A DNA stretch of 63,975 nucleotides, the filler included, from Acidimicrobiia bacterium (GTDB taxonomy: Bacteria; Actinomycetota; Acidimicrobiia; Spongiisociales; SHLN01), in the NCBI GenBank assembly GCA_041619515.1. It is 3 parts of 3 records of this genome, joined end to end, with 100 filler letters (N's around TTAATTAATTAA, not from the genome) between each part and the next. Parts side by side here need not be neighbours in the genome. Positions count along the whole stretch, not along the records: positions 1 to 30,253 come from JBFKDW010000031.1; 2 more parts are not named here. The stretch is one strand, 5' to 3'. Positions within the stretch are counted from its first letter, which is position 1, and each line of letters starts with the position of its first letter. Under the pieces are notes generated by a model. That model had not been told where the DNA came from and searched no databases. It worked only from the letters and a program-made list of their open reading frames with translations. The translations under genes and the position numbers were made by a program. Below, piece by piece: positions 12,851-22,277 of this stretch.

Positions 12851-13218
12851 TAGGACTTCTTCGATCCGTACCGCGAGCGCGATTGGTTGCGCTCGGTGAC
12901 GCCGGCGGCGTCGAGGGCACCGCGAATCACCTTGTAGCGAATTCCGGGGAGGTCCTTCACCCGGCCGCCGCGGACGAGCACGATCGAGTGCTCCTGGAGG
13001 TTGTGGCCTTCGCCGGGAATGTAGGCGGTGACTTCGACACCGGAGCTGAGCCGCACGCGGCACACTTTGCGCAAGGCCGAGTTGGGCTTCTTGGGGGTGA
13101 CGGTGTAGACGCGTGTGCATACACCCCGCCGCTGGGGGGCCCCGCCCAAACCGGGCGTCTTCTCCTTGTTGCCCTTCGGCGTCCGGCCCTGACGAACCAG
13201 CTGCTGAATGGTTGGCAT
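12850..13218 (-). CDS. rpsL: 30S ribosomal protein S12
   Basis: [29 protein letters not shown]. Confidence 0.99.
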   Translation of the reverse strand: MPTIQQLVRQGRTPKGNKEKTPGLGGAPQRRGVCTRVYTVTPKKPNSALRKVCRVRLSSGVEVTAYIPGEGHNLQEHSIVLVRGGRVKDLPGIRYKVIRGALDAAGVTERNQSRSRYGSKKS

Positions 13219-13463
13219 GCTTTCTACTCTCTGTCGAGTGCCGGGAGGGCCCGGCCCGATCCACGGGCGAGCCCGCTACTTCCTACTCGAGCCGCCGGAA
13301 GGCAGCTCTCAAACTTGCCGCAGACACGCGCAAAGTCGGCGCTTCACTCTGAGCGAGCAAAACCGCCGACCTATGAGGTCCGTCTCCCGTGGGTCAGTCC
13401 TTCAACTGGTCGGGGTGAAGGACCCTCTGGAAGCGGACGGGTACGCGCTACCGCGGACCGGGA

Positions 13464-13493
13464 AGTATAGGACGGTTCCTACCCAAGTCGCAA
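13464..13493 (-). promoter_or_regulatory. Putative sigma-A promoter of the str-S10-spc operon
   Basis: Minus strand TTGCGA-N18-TATACT about 245 nt upstream of the rpsL ATG. Confidence 0.6.
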
Positions 13494-13538
13494 AGGTCTT
13501 CCGTTGTGTTTCGCGACGTGTCGCGGTAGCCCGGCCCG

Positions 13539-14750
13539 CTAGGGCGGTGCGTTGGCGAGGGCCATCCGTCGGAGGCGCCCTCGTCCGTAGTTGCTGATGC
13601 CGTCGAGCAGGTCACCAACGTGTCCAGGATCGAAGCGGGGGCGGATCGGTTGGTGGATGACGCCCCATTGGTTCAGGAACAGCAGCTCTCCGTTGGGATT
13701 GCCGACAACGTCCCACCCCTGGGAGTGGATAAGTCGATGATGGAACCCGCAGAGAGTCACGAGATTGTCCAGGTTGGTGGGACCGTCTTCGGCCCAATGA
13801 ACGATGTGGTGGCTGTGAGTCCAACGGGTGCGCCCACATCCGGGAAACCGGCATCCCCCATCGCGGGCGAAGACCAGACGACGCAGCCAGCCGGGAATCT
13901 GGCGGCTCACCCGTCCGATCCCGACGGTGAACCCGCCCGGATCATCAATAGCGGGTTGCACCCGGCCATCACAGGTGAGCCTGAGCAGCTCGTCGCGCAG
14001 GATCCGCCTGCCACCCACCACGGCAGTTGCGTTTCTGTCCCGGAGTTCATCGGCTGATACGTGGACGACCACGGTGGCCCGGTCGTGATCCCGGTCCTCG
14101 GCGAGGGACTCAGAGGCCATTTGCACGAGTGCTTCGCCGTAGCGCTCATCCGGATCCCGGAACAGCCCGCTGGCGGGGTCGAGGGGCGCCTTGGCGCCGA
14201 GGCGAAGCAAGGCCGTTTCCACCAGCACGCCGTCAGCACCCCGGATGCGGCCCCGCAAGTTGAGGTCATCCTCCTCCCACCACATCCGCAGCTCAGCGGC
14301 CGGCGGCTCCTCCACCAGCCCGACCGGCTCTTCCTGTTTCGTTACCTCATCGAGCTGCTCTTTGATGGCAGTTGCGAGGTCGGCCTGGGGCACGTCGCGT
14401 GCCAGCTGAATTAGCCGGCCTTGATTGTCGGGAGTGGCGAACCGGCAGAGCACCTGGACTTCGTCGAATGACAGCGCTCCGGCCGCCAGTGCCTCCCGGA
14501 CCAACGGGAGATCAACCAAGCGCCGGCCCACCCGCACCCACGCCCGAGCGGTGCGGGGGGCGACACCGAGATCGAAGGTCAACCACGACACCATATCGGT
14601 CGCCGCATTGCGAAAGTAGGCCTCGTCGGATTCCAGCTCAGGGACGAGATCCAATAGCCCGACAAACGCCCGGGTCAGTGTTGTATGGGCTTCGGACACC
14701 CGCCTCGCGTCCGGTCGATCACCCACGCGCCTTCTATCACCTAACTCCAT
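13539..14750 (-). CDS. DUF222 + HNH endonuclease protein (13E12-repeat family-like)
   Basis: C-terminal RDGGCRFPGC...HHIVHWAEDGPTNLDNLVTLCGFHHRLIH; N-terminal DUF222-like helices; start MELGD chosen from the upstream promoter. Confidence 0.88.
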   Translation of the reverse strand: MELGDRRRVGDRPDARRVSEAHTTLTRAFVGLLDLVPELESDEAYFRNAATDMVSWLTFDLGVAPRTARAWVRVGRRLVDLPLVREALAAGALSFDEVQVLCRFATPDNQGRLIQLARDVPQADLATAIKEQLDEVTKQEEPVGLVEEPPAAELRMWWEEDDLNLRGRIRGADGVLVETALLRLGAKAPLDPASGLFRDPDERYGEALVQMASESLAEDRDHDRATVVVHVSADELRDRNATAVVGGRRILRDELLRLTCDGRVQPAIDDPGGFTVGIGRVSRQIPGWLRRLVFARDGGCRFPGCGRTRWTHSHHIVHWAEDGPTNLDNLVTLCGFHHRLIHSQGWDVVGNPNGELLFLNQWGVIHQPIRPRFDPGHVGDLLDGISNYGRGRLRRMALANAPP

Positions 14751-14756
14751 ACCCGC

Positions 14757-14778
14757 AACGTACCAGCCGGGTGTGACA
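14757..14778 (-). promoter_or_regulatory. RecA-NDp/PafBC-type DNA-damage promoter, leaderless
   Basis: Minus strand TGTCAC-N10-TACGTT then 6 nt to ATG; resembles the TGTCGG-N10-TANNNT motif. Confidence 0.5.
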
Positions 14779-14947
14779 CAAAACGCGCCCCTGGAACGTG
14801 TGACCTGGATGGCCGGTTGCCCGGGATGCGGCCCGCTCATTGGTCGGTTCGTTTCCCACTCCGGGCGACGTTGTGGGTGGCCGGCCACCTCCGAGGCGAA
14901 ATGGACGGTGAGTGGATGGGGTCGATCAACGACCGAAGGAGATCGTC

Positions 14948-15478
14948 ATGTTCGCGTCAATAGCCACTCGTGCCTCTCAGCTTGCGCCACTTACGGCCGG
15001 TGTCTTGTTGATCGCAGTCATCTCGACCGCCTGTGGCGGCGATGACAGCACCGTTACCACGGGGACTCCAGTCGTCCCGACAACCCAGGCCGGTGCTGGA
15101 GGGGACGGAGGGTCAGGCGGTGGAGACGGTGGGGGAACGTCTGGAGGCTACGGAACCGCCACGGTCACCGTGTCTGCCGGTACGTTCGAGCTGCAGGTCG
15201 AGGAGGCCTGCATGATCAGCGACATCGGCATCGGAGCCGTTGCGAGCAGTGGCGACAAGTTGCTGACGCTCACGGGCATCCCGGGCTTTGTGGCCGTCGG
15301 GTTCGAAACCTCCCCCGATGACGTATGGCTGGTTGCGCCGACAGACGTCGTGATTGACGGGACCACCATGAGCTACAGCGGGACTGCCGATGTCCTCGCA
15401 GCTGGCGTCCAGGCCGAGGATTCTCCCATTGATGTAGAGGTCTTCTGTGACGAGGTGGTGCCCGTGCCCGGCGGGTGA
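14948..15478 (+). CDS. Hypothetical lipoprotein
   Basis: AAGGAG RBS; lipobox ISTAC; Thr/Gly-rich linker then small beta domain with two Cys. Confidence 0.75.
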   Translation: MFASIATRASQLAPLTAGVLLIAVISTACGGDDSTVTTGTPVVPTTQAGAGGDGGSGGGDGGGTSGGYGTATVTVSAGTFELQVEEACMISDIGIGAVASSGDKLLTLTGIPGFVAVGFETSPDDVWLVAPTDVVIDGTTMSYSGTADVLAAGVQAEDSPIDVEVFCDEVVPVPGG

Positions 15479-15505
15479 CCCAACATCTCGGCCGCCACCT
15501 TCTAA

Positions 15506-15550
15506 CTCATAACCCGAAGGTCGCGGGTTCAAATCCGGCGCTCGCTACGA
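15506..15550 (+). pseudogene. 3' half of tRNA-fMet (att-like remnant)
   Basis: CTCATAACCCGAAGGTCGCGGGTTCAAATCC... matches the CAT anticodon loop, variable region and T-arm; no 5' half or D-arm upstream; acceptor end degenerate. Confidence 0.75.
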
Positions 15551-15620
15551 GCAAAGGCCATCGGCCGAGCTTTTTTCGTTCCTTGGCCGATTTGAGGGAC
15601 TCAGCCTGTCAGGCAACCTG

Positions 15621-16097
15621 TCACACTTTGCGCGGCACCGCTCCGGTCAGCGTGAGGATCGGCTTCATGCACCTGTGACCGAAATCAGCGGTGGGGCCAA
15701 ACATGAGGGGGCAACCGCCGTCGATCACGTTGATTCCCTGCTCGCGGCCGTAGGCGGCTGCGCTCTCCGACACGCTCCCGGGGCCCGGGCCCCGGTGCAT
15801 CCACACGTGCCGGATTCCGAGCTCGACACACTCGCGCATGGTGGCCTCCGCGGTCTCAGGGCGAGTCCCGATCACCACCGCCTCCACCCCCTCCGGGACA
15901 GACTTCAGGTCGTGGTAGCACGGGTCCCCTTCGACCTGATCGGCGGACGGGTTGATCGCGAAGACGTTGTAGCCACGTGCGCGCAGCCGCTGATAGACGA
16001 GGTTGCTGCCGTGCCCTTTCGGTTGCCGGGAAACGCCCGTGACGGCGATGCGCTTCTTGGCTAGGAACTCCGCGGTGGCGTCCTTGATGGTCTGCAT
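15621..16097 (-). CDS. CoA-binding protein (YccU-like)
   Basis: KRIAVTGVSR, VFAINP, GIRHVWMH, VIDGGCPLMF; GAGGAGG RBS. Confidence 0.9.
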   Translation of the reverse strand: MQTIKDATAEFLAKKRIAVTGVSRQPKGHGSNLVYQRLRARGYNVFAINPSADQVEGDPCYHDLKSVPEGVEAVVIGTRPETAEATMRECVELGIRHVWMHRGPGPGSVSESAAAYGREQGINVIDGGCPLMFGPTADFGHRCMKPILTLTGAVPRKV

Positions 16098-16372
16098 ATG
16101 CACCCTCCTCGTCGTTTCCAGGTCCAGTATGTGCGATCAGACGAACGTTGAGCCAGGGTCGAAGGTCTCAGAACCGGCGGCGGGTTGTGGGGGTGAGGCT
16201 CATGGGTGACCTTTCCCGCGCTCATCGGTCTCGCCGAGAGCGGTCTGGTCGACTCATGTCGCCTCGGTCGGGATCGAACCGCCCCCGCTGTTAGTGAGAA
16301 GCCGGGCTTGCGGATTCTCGGTTTGGCTCGTGGCCGCCTCGGGAGGTGCCTGACTCCGGGTAGCCTCGGTCC

Positions 16373-17782
16373 ATGTCGCTGACGGCCGAGCTCACGGCCC
16401 TGCTGGGCCCCGGCCGGGTCAAGACGGACCCGCTCGAGCGTCATGTGTATGCCCGCGATGCGGGCATGAGGACTGGACCGGTCGAGACCGTCGTGCATCC
16501 CCGAACGACCGACGAGATTGTGGGGATCGTGCGCATCGCCGACCGGTACGGACTCCCGATAGTGGCACGGGGGGCCGGCACCGGCTTGGCGGGCGGCGCG
16601 GTGCCCACAGAGCCGGCGGTCCTCGTCGTGCTGACCCGGATGGATGACATCCACGAAGTCGACGCCGCCTCGCGCACCGCATGGGTCGGACCCGGGCTGA
16701 TCAACCTGGAGCTCTCGCAGCACACCGCGCCGCTCGGCCTGCACTACGCGCCCGACCCATCGTCGCAGTCCGCGTGCACCATTGGAGGCAACGTCGCCAC
16801 CAACGCCGGAGGGCCGCACTGCCTGGCCGACGGCACCACCGTTGCTCATGTGCTGGCGGTCGAGCTGGTAACCGCCGACGGCGAAGTGGTCGTGCTCGGG
16901 GGGGCGGCGCCGGACCCGATCGGCCTCGACCTGCGCGGAGTCGTGGTGGGATCGGAGGGGACGGTCGGCATCGTCACTCGCGTCCTCGTGCGGCTGACCG
17001 AGGACGCTCCCGCCACTCGCACCTTGCTCCTCGCCTTCGGCGATACCGCCGATGCCGCGGCGACCGTTTCGGACACCGTGGCGGCAGGTGTCATACCGGC
17101 GGCCCTCGAGATGATGGACGGGGTGATAGTGGAGCTCGTCGAGAACTGGATTCACGCCGGGTTTCCCACCGACGCCGCCGGCGTCCTGCTCGCCGAGCTG
17201 GCCGGTCATCCGGCCGCGGTGGAGGCCGAGGCCGAAATCCTCTCCGACATCGCTCGAAAACACGGTGCGACGTCGGTCCAAGTCGCTGCCGATGCTGCCG
17301 AGGCCGCCACGTGGTGGAAAGGGCGCAAAGCCGCCTTCGGTGCGGTCGCCCAGCGGGCGCCCGACTACTACCTGCACGACACCGTCGTGCCGCGCAGCCG
17401 GCTGGTTGAGGTGTTGGACACGGTGAACGAAATTGCCGAACGCCACGGCCTGGAAGTGATGAACGTCTTCCACGCCGGCGACGGCAACCTCCACCCGCTG
17501 ATGTCGTTCGACGCCTCGGTGCCCGGAACCATGGAACGAGTCCAAGCGGCGGGCGACGAAATCGTGGCGGCATCGGTGGCAGTTGGTGGCACGCTGTCCG
17601 GTGAGCACGGTATCGGGCTCGAAAAACGGGACCTCATGCCGCTCGTGTTCTCACCGGTCGACCTGGATGCGCAAGCACGGCTGAGTGAGGCTTTCGACCC
17701 AACCGGGTTGTTCAATCCCGGCAAGATACTTCCCGCCGGGTCTCGTTGCTTCGACTACGGACGACCGGCGCCTGCTCAATGA
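16373..17782 (+). CDS. glcD: Glycolate/lactate oxidase FAD-binding subunit
   Basis: ARGAGTGLAGG, PDPSSQSACTIGGNVATNAGG, HAGDGNLHP, GEHGIGLEK, NPGKI. Confidence 0.9.
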   Translation: MSLTAELTALLGPGRVKTDPLERHVYARDAGMRTGPVETVVHPRTTDEIVGIVRIADRYGLPIVARGAGTGLAGGAVPTEPAVLVVLTRMDDIHEVDAASRTAWVGPGLINLELSQHTAPLGLHYAPDPSSQSACTIGGNVATNAGGPHCLADGTTVAHVLAVELVTADGEVVVLGGAAPDPIGLDLRGVVVGSEGTVGIVTRVLVRLTEDAPATRTLLLAFGDTADAAATVSDTVAAGVIPAALEMMDGVIVELVENWIHAGFPTDAAGVLLAELAGHPAAVEAEAEILSDIARKHGATSVQVAADAAEAATWWKGRKAAFGAVAQRAPDYYLHDTVVPRSRLVEVLDTVNEIAERHGLEVMNVFHAGDGNLHPLMSFDASVPGTMERVQAAGDEIVAASVAVGGTLSGEHGIGLEKRDLMPLVFSPVDLDAQARLSEAFDPTGLFNPGKILPAGSRCFDYGRPAPAQ

Positions 17783-18900
17783 CCGTCGAGACGATTGCCC
17801 GAAAGTTCGGCCACCTCGAGGTGGAAGCCGGTGCGCCCCTTACTGAAGGCCATCTGGTCCTTGCCCCCGCCACCTCCGAAGAGGCTGCGGCCGTGCTCGA
17901 CGCCGCCGCCGAGCGCGAGTTGCCCGTGCTGTTCTGGGGAGGCGGATCCCATCAGGGCTTCGGCCACCGGATCCAGCCCGCCATTGTGATCTCCACTGAG
18001 CGTATGAACCGGATCCTCGAGTGGAGCCCCGCCGACCTCACCGTGGTAGCAGAGGCCGGAGTCGGCGTCGCCGACCTCGCCACCCGCTTGATGGAAGGAG
18101 GCCAAACGGCGGTGCTGCCGGAGCGTCCGGGGGCGTCGACCGTGGGGGGTGCGATCGCAGCCGGGCAATCCGGCTGGGGCCGGCTCCGTTACGGACCGAT
18201 CCGCGACCGCACCCTCCAGGTCGTGCTCTCCACCGGCGATGGCCGGGTGGTGCGGGCGGGCGCTCCCCTGGTCAAGAACGTGACCGGCTACGACCTGCCC
18301 CGCCTCGCCACCGGATCGTTCGGAGCGCTCGGTTTGATCACCCGAGTTGCCCTCAAGCTGTGGCCGCTCGGTGCCCGCGCAGCCACGGTCACAGTCGAAA
18401 GCGCCGAGAAGGCCCTGGCCACCGCCTATCGACCCCTGGCCGTCCTCGAAGAAAACGGCACCGCCCGGGTGTATCTCACGGGAACTTCGGCCGAGGTGGA
18501 GGCACAAGCTGCCGAGCTGGGCGGAACCGTCGTCGATGGGCTCGACTGGCCCGAGTCGCTGGTCGGGGAAACGGTGCTCGTGATACGCGTTCCGGCCAGC
18601 CTCACGCGGGCGGCCGCCGACCGGGCCCCACCGGGGTGGAGCTACCAGGCCGCCTTCGGAGTCGGTGAGGTTCGGCTGGCCGGGCCGAGCGCGCCGGCCG
18701 CCGGGGTCCTCGATACCCTCCGGGAGTGGACGACCGGTGTCGGAGGCGCCGTCGTCGTCGAGCGAGCGCCGGACACTCTCTACGAGCACGTCGACCCGTG
18801 GGGTCCGCCCGGTCCGAGTCTCGAGCTGCAGCGACGCGTCAAGGCTGCCTTCGACCCGCTCGGGATCTGCAACCCGGGACGACTGCCGGGGAACCTATGA
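17779..18900 (+). CDS. glcE: Glycolate oxidase FAD-binding subunit
   Basis: VKNVTGYDL, GSFGALG, FDPLGICNPGR; ATGA overlap with glcD. Confidence 0.85.
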   Translation: MTVETIARKFGHLEVEAGAPLTEGHLVLAPATSEEAAAVLDAAAERELPVLFWGGGSHQGFGHRIQPAIVISTERMNRILEWSPADLTVVAEAGVGVADLATRLMEGGQTAVLPERPGASTVGGAIAAGQSGWGRLRYGPIRDRTLQVVLSTGDGRVVRAGAPLVKNVTGYDLPRLATGSFGALGLITRVALKLWPLGARAATVTVESAEKALATAYRPLAVLEENGTARVYLTGTSAEVEAQAAELGGTVVDGLDWPESLVGETVLVIRVPASLTRAAADRAPPGWSYQAAFGVGEVRLAGPSAPAAGVLDTLREWTTGVGGAVVVERAPDTLYEHVDPWGPPGPSLELQRRVKAAFDPLGICNPGRLPGNL

Positions 18901-20120
18901 GCAGGGGATGGGTGACCCCCGACGCGCCCCGTCGGGAGGAGCTGGCCGCCTGCATCCAATGCGGGCTGTGCCTGCCAGCATGCCCCACTTTCCGGCTGAC
19001 GGGCGAAGAGACTGCCTCACCCCGGGGCCGATTGACGGCCATGAGTGCTGTGGCTGACGGGCTCGTCGAGATCAACGAGACCTTCGAGGAGATGATGGGT
19101 TTCTGCCTGCAATGCCGGGCGTGCGAAGTCGCCTGCCCGTCGCTCGTGCCCTTCGGTCGAGCGATGGAGGGCGCCCGAGCAGAGCTCGCTGCTCAGCGGC
19201 CTTCGCCCACCCGGCGGGCCCGGGGCCGCCTGCTCGGCAGACGGGGCCTCGGCAGCAGCCGAGCCGTTGCTGTGGTAACAATGCTGGCAGCGATCGGTCA
19301 GCGCCTGCGAGCTCCCCGGTGGTTGCCGAGTCGTCTCGGCCGGCCGCTCGGCGGGATCCGTCCGCTTCCCATTCGCGTGCTGAGTACGCGTGGCGAGGCG
19401 TGGGAGCCGCTTTCTCCGCAGGTGGGCACCGCCGCGTTCCTGGCCGGATGCGTAATGGACCCGTGGTTCTCAAACGTCCACACCGCCTCGATTGAGGTGC
19501 TGCGACGGGCCGGCTACCGGGTGGAAGTGCCGGCCCGGCAAGTCTGCTGTGGGGCGCTCGCCGCCCACGACGGCGCTGCCGACGAAGCCCGGGCATTGGC
19601 CGCGACCAACGAAAAGGCCTTCGCCGGCTACGACCTCATCGTGGTCGACGCGGCGGGGTGCGGGGCCCACTTGAAGGAGTACGGGGGCTGGGCGCCGGGC
19701 GAAGATCCATGGGCCGACCGGGTCCGGGACATCACCGAGGTCGTCGCCGGCGCCATCGCCGACGGCCGCCTCCCGACGCTGGCCGAGACGGGCACTCCGG
19801 TTGCCATGCAGGACCCCTGCCACCTGCGCCACGCCCAAAGAATCATCGAGCCTCCCCGCGCACTTATCCGCGCCGCCGGATACCTCCCGGTCGAAATCGA
19901 CCCGCTGGCGATGTGTTGCGGAGCCGCCGGGGTCTATTCGGTGCTTCGCCCCGAGACTTCGGCCGAGCTGGGAAGCCGCAAGGCCGATCAGATCGCCGCC
20001 ACCGAGGCTCGGATCGTGGCGTCGGCCAACCCGGGGTGTGAGATGCAGCTCCGCATCCACCTGGCATCGGACTACCGGGTCATGCACCCGGTTGAGCTGT
20101 ACGCCGAGGCGCTGACATGA
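18897..20120 (+). CDS. glcF: Glycolate oxidase Fe-S subunit
   Basis: CIQCGLCLPACP, CLQCRACEVACP, two CCG motifs, ANPGC. Confidence 0.88.
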   Translation: MSRGWVTPDAPRREELAACIQCGLCLPACPTFRLTGEETASPRGRLTAMSAVADGLVEINETFEEMMGFCLQCRACEVACPSLVPFGRAMEGARAELAAQRPSPTRRARGRLLGRRGLGSSRAVAVVTMLAAIGQRLRAPRWLPSRLGRPLGGIRPLPIRVLSTRGEAWEPLSPQVGTAAFLAGCVMDPWFSNVHTASIEVLRRAGYRVEVPARQVCCGALAAHDGAADEARALAATNEKAFAGYDLIVVDAAGCGAHLKEYGGWAPGEDPWADRVRDITEVVAGAIADGRLPTLAETGTPVAMQDPCHLRHAQRIIEPPRALIRAAGYLPVEIDPLAMCCGAAGVYSVLRPETSAELGSRKADQIAATEARIVASANPGCEMQLRIHLASDYRVMHPVELYAEALT

Positions 20121-20127
20121 TCGATGC

Positions 20128-20425
20128 GTGGTAGATGCTCGCTGCACCCTGGGTGAAGAACCCGTGTGGAACGCGGAAACCGCTCGTCTCTACTGGATCG
20201 ACATCAAGCAACGCCGCCTCCACTGCTATCGCCCCTCCGGCCACTTCCACGACACGTGGGAGCTCCCCGACCAGCCGGGAGCGCTGGCGCTGCAGCCCGG
20301 TGGGGGCCTGGTGCTGGCCCTGGCCGGAGCCTCGCCGGCTTCAACCTCGCCACCTGCCAAACGACGAGCTGGACGGACCCAGAACCCGATCGGCCCCGCA
20401 ACCGGCTGAACGACGGCAAGACAGA
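20128..20425 (+). pseudogene. SMP-30/gluconolactonase fragment, frameshifted and truncated
   Basis: LGEEPVW...LYWIDI in one frame, shift near 20330 to PEPDRPRNRLNDGKTD in another, then unrelated sequence. Confidence 0.75.
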
Positions 20426-20818
20426 CCTCGAATTGCTTGAGGCGCATCTTGCTGAAATCGACAGCCATATCGCCTCTCTTCGAAAGACCCGCCGGTGTTG
20501 ATCTCCGTCGCCATGGGTAACCCCCTTGCTAATGGCCGCGTTCACTGTGCCAGGACGTGACCGATCCACACGCCTCGTCTCGTATCGGTGCCCCGTTATA
20601 CACCTTCCAGTCAAATGGAAGGCCAAGCACTTCTGACAGATTTCCTATCCCGTCACCGATCGGCAGCCTGTCGAACAATGTCTCTATCGGGAGCCTGGGA
20701 AAGCCGACGAGACCGGCCTGATCTTTATCAAAGCTTGACACAAGCGATGTTCTTGGCTTGACCGCCCCGTGGTCCACTTACCGGGTAATAGAAACCGACC
20801 GACTTGAAAGGCAGTCTC

Positions 20819-21037
20819 ATGATTTGGGGATTTGGTGGATACGGAGCTCTCTGGATGCTCCTGTTCTGGGGCTCGATAGCCGTGCTCATTGCATGGTTGG
20901 TGCCGCGCCCAAACGACGTGCGGGATATCAGCCCCTACCGACGTGCCGAGCAGATCCTTGCCGAGCGATTTGCCCGAGGAGAGATCGAACGTGCCGAGTA
21001 CGACGCTCGTCGCGCCGAGTTGGCGAACTCACGATGA
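20819..21037 (+). CDS. SHOCT-domain small membrane protein
   Basis: One TM helix then AEQILAERFARGEIERAEYDARRAEL; GAAAGG RBS. Confidence 0.88.
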   Translation: MIWGFGGYGALWMLLFWGSIAVLIAWLVPRPNDVRDISPYRRAEQILAERFARGEIERAEYDARRAELANSR

Positions 21038-21087
21038 AGTCGCCGCTCACTGATACCAACAATCAAGCACCGAAAGGAACGACGAAC

Positions 21088-21507
21088 ATGTTGAAGCGAA
21101 GCATCACAACAATTGCCGCCCTCGCTCTGGTAGCGGCCATCCCGGGAATCGCCCTCGCCGGGGCCGGTTCCAGCCAAGCACCCTCAGAGCGAGACCAGGG
21201 GAACACACCGTCGCAGTTTCACCCCGTCATGGATTCTGAGGACTGGGACTCGATGATGGGCGCCAACGGTCACATGGACTCCCAGGACTGGGACTCGATG
21301 ATGGGCACCAACGGTCACATGGACTCCCAGGACTGGGACTCGATGACGGGCACCAACGGTCACATGGACTCCCAGGACTGGGACTCGATGATGGGCACCA
21401 ACGGTCACATGGACTCCCAGGACTGGGACTCGATGATGGGCACCAACGGGGACATGGACTCCCAGGACTGGGACTCGATGATGGGCACCAACGGGGACAC
21501 CACTTGA
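21088..21507 (+). CDS. Secreted Met/Asp/His-rich tandem-repeat protein
   Basis: GAAAGGA RBS, signal peptide ending ALA, six copies of MDSQDWDSMMGTNG(H/D). Confidence 0.82.
   Translation: MLKRSITTIAALALVAAIPGIALAGAGSSQAPSERDQGNTPSQFHPVMDSEDWDSMMGANGHMDSQDWDSMMGTNGHMDSQDWDSMTGTNGHMDSQDWDSMMGTNGHMDSQDWDSMMGTNGDMDSQDWDSMMGTNGDTT
21229..21498 (+). repeat. 6 x 45-bp near-perfect coding tandem repeat
   Basis: ATGGACTCCCAGGACTGGGACTCGATGATGGGCACCAACGGTCAC repeated head-to-tail without spacers. Confidence 0.97.
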
Positions 21508-21538
21508 CAGGTCTCATTCCGGTTCTCGGATTTGGCCC

Positions 21539-21566
21539 GAGGGCCCGGCTCTTATGCCGGGCCCTC
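21539..21566 (+). terminator. Stem-loop after the repeat-protein gene
   Basis: GAGGGCCCGGC-TCTTAT-GCCGGGCCCTC, 11-bp perfect stem, no U-tract. Confidence 0.6.
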
Positions 21567-21578
21567 TAGCATCGCGCG

Positions 21579-22277
21579 GTGGACGGTCGCCGCATTCTCA
21601 TCGTGGACGACGAACTTGAGCTTCGCGGCATGGTTCGTCGCTATCTGGAGAGCGAAGGGTTCGAGATAGTGGAAGCATCCAACGGCGCCGAAGGGCTGGA
21701 TCGTATCCGGGCCACGTCGCCGGATCTCGTGATCCTCGACATCGGACTACCGGACGTTGACGGAATCGAGTTGCTGCGCCAGATCCGGGGTCGATCGGAG
21801 GTTCCGGTGATCATGCTGACGGCCCGAGCCGAGGAGATCGACCGGGTAGTGGGACTCAGTGTCGGTGCCGACGATTACGTCACCAAGCCCTTCAGCCCGC
21901 GTGAACTCGTGGCGCGCATCAAAGCGGTACTGCGCCGGGGCCGATCCCTAGCCGGGGGCCCGATCACCGAGGTGGTCGAGTTCGATGGACTCTCAATTGA
22001 CACCGCCGCTCGGACCGTGGTTAGGGACGGTCGGCCTGTTGAGTTGAGCGCCCTGGAATTCGATCTCCTCACGGCCCTCTCCGCCGCCCCCGGACGAGTG
22101 TTCACCCGAGCCCAGCTTCTGGAGCGCGTCTGGGGATTCGACTATTACGGGGTCGAACGGGTGGTTGATGTCCACATCGGCAACATCCGAAAGGTCCTCG
22201 GCGACAACCCTGCCGATCCCAGCTTCATAGGCACGGTGCGCGGTGTGGGGTACAAGTTCGTGGGACGGCCCATGTGA
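21579..22277 (+). CDS. OmpR-family response regulator
   Basis: ILIVDDE, LVILDIGLP, GADDYVTKPFSPREL, TVRGVGYKF. Confidence 0.96.
   Translation: MDGRRILIVDDELELRGMVRRYLESEGFEIVEASNGAEGLDRIRATSPDLVILDIGLPDVDGIELLRQIRGRSEVPVIMLTARAEEIDRVVGLSVGADDYVTKPFSPRELVARIKAVLRRGRSLAGGPITEVVEFDGLSIDTAARTVVRDGRPVELSALEFDLLTALSAAPGRVFTRAQLLERVWGFDYYGVERVVDVHIGNIRKVLGDNPADPSFIGTVRGVGYKFVGRPM

Noticed and set aside
12850..13218. Streptomycin-resistance allele of rpsL
   Set aside because: PKKPNS and RVKDLPG motifs are wild type
15470..15550. Functional tRNA-Met gene
   Set aside because: 5' acceptor strand and D-arm are absent, and the T-stem and acceptor 3' side are degenerate
21229..21498. Possible CRISPR array
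   Set aside because: Head-to-tail 45-bp units with no unique spacers, in frame within a signal-peptide ORF, and no cas genes
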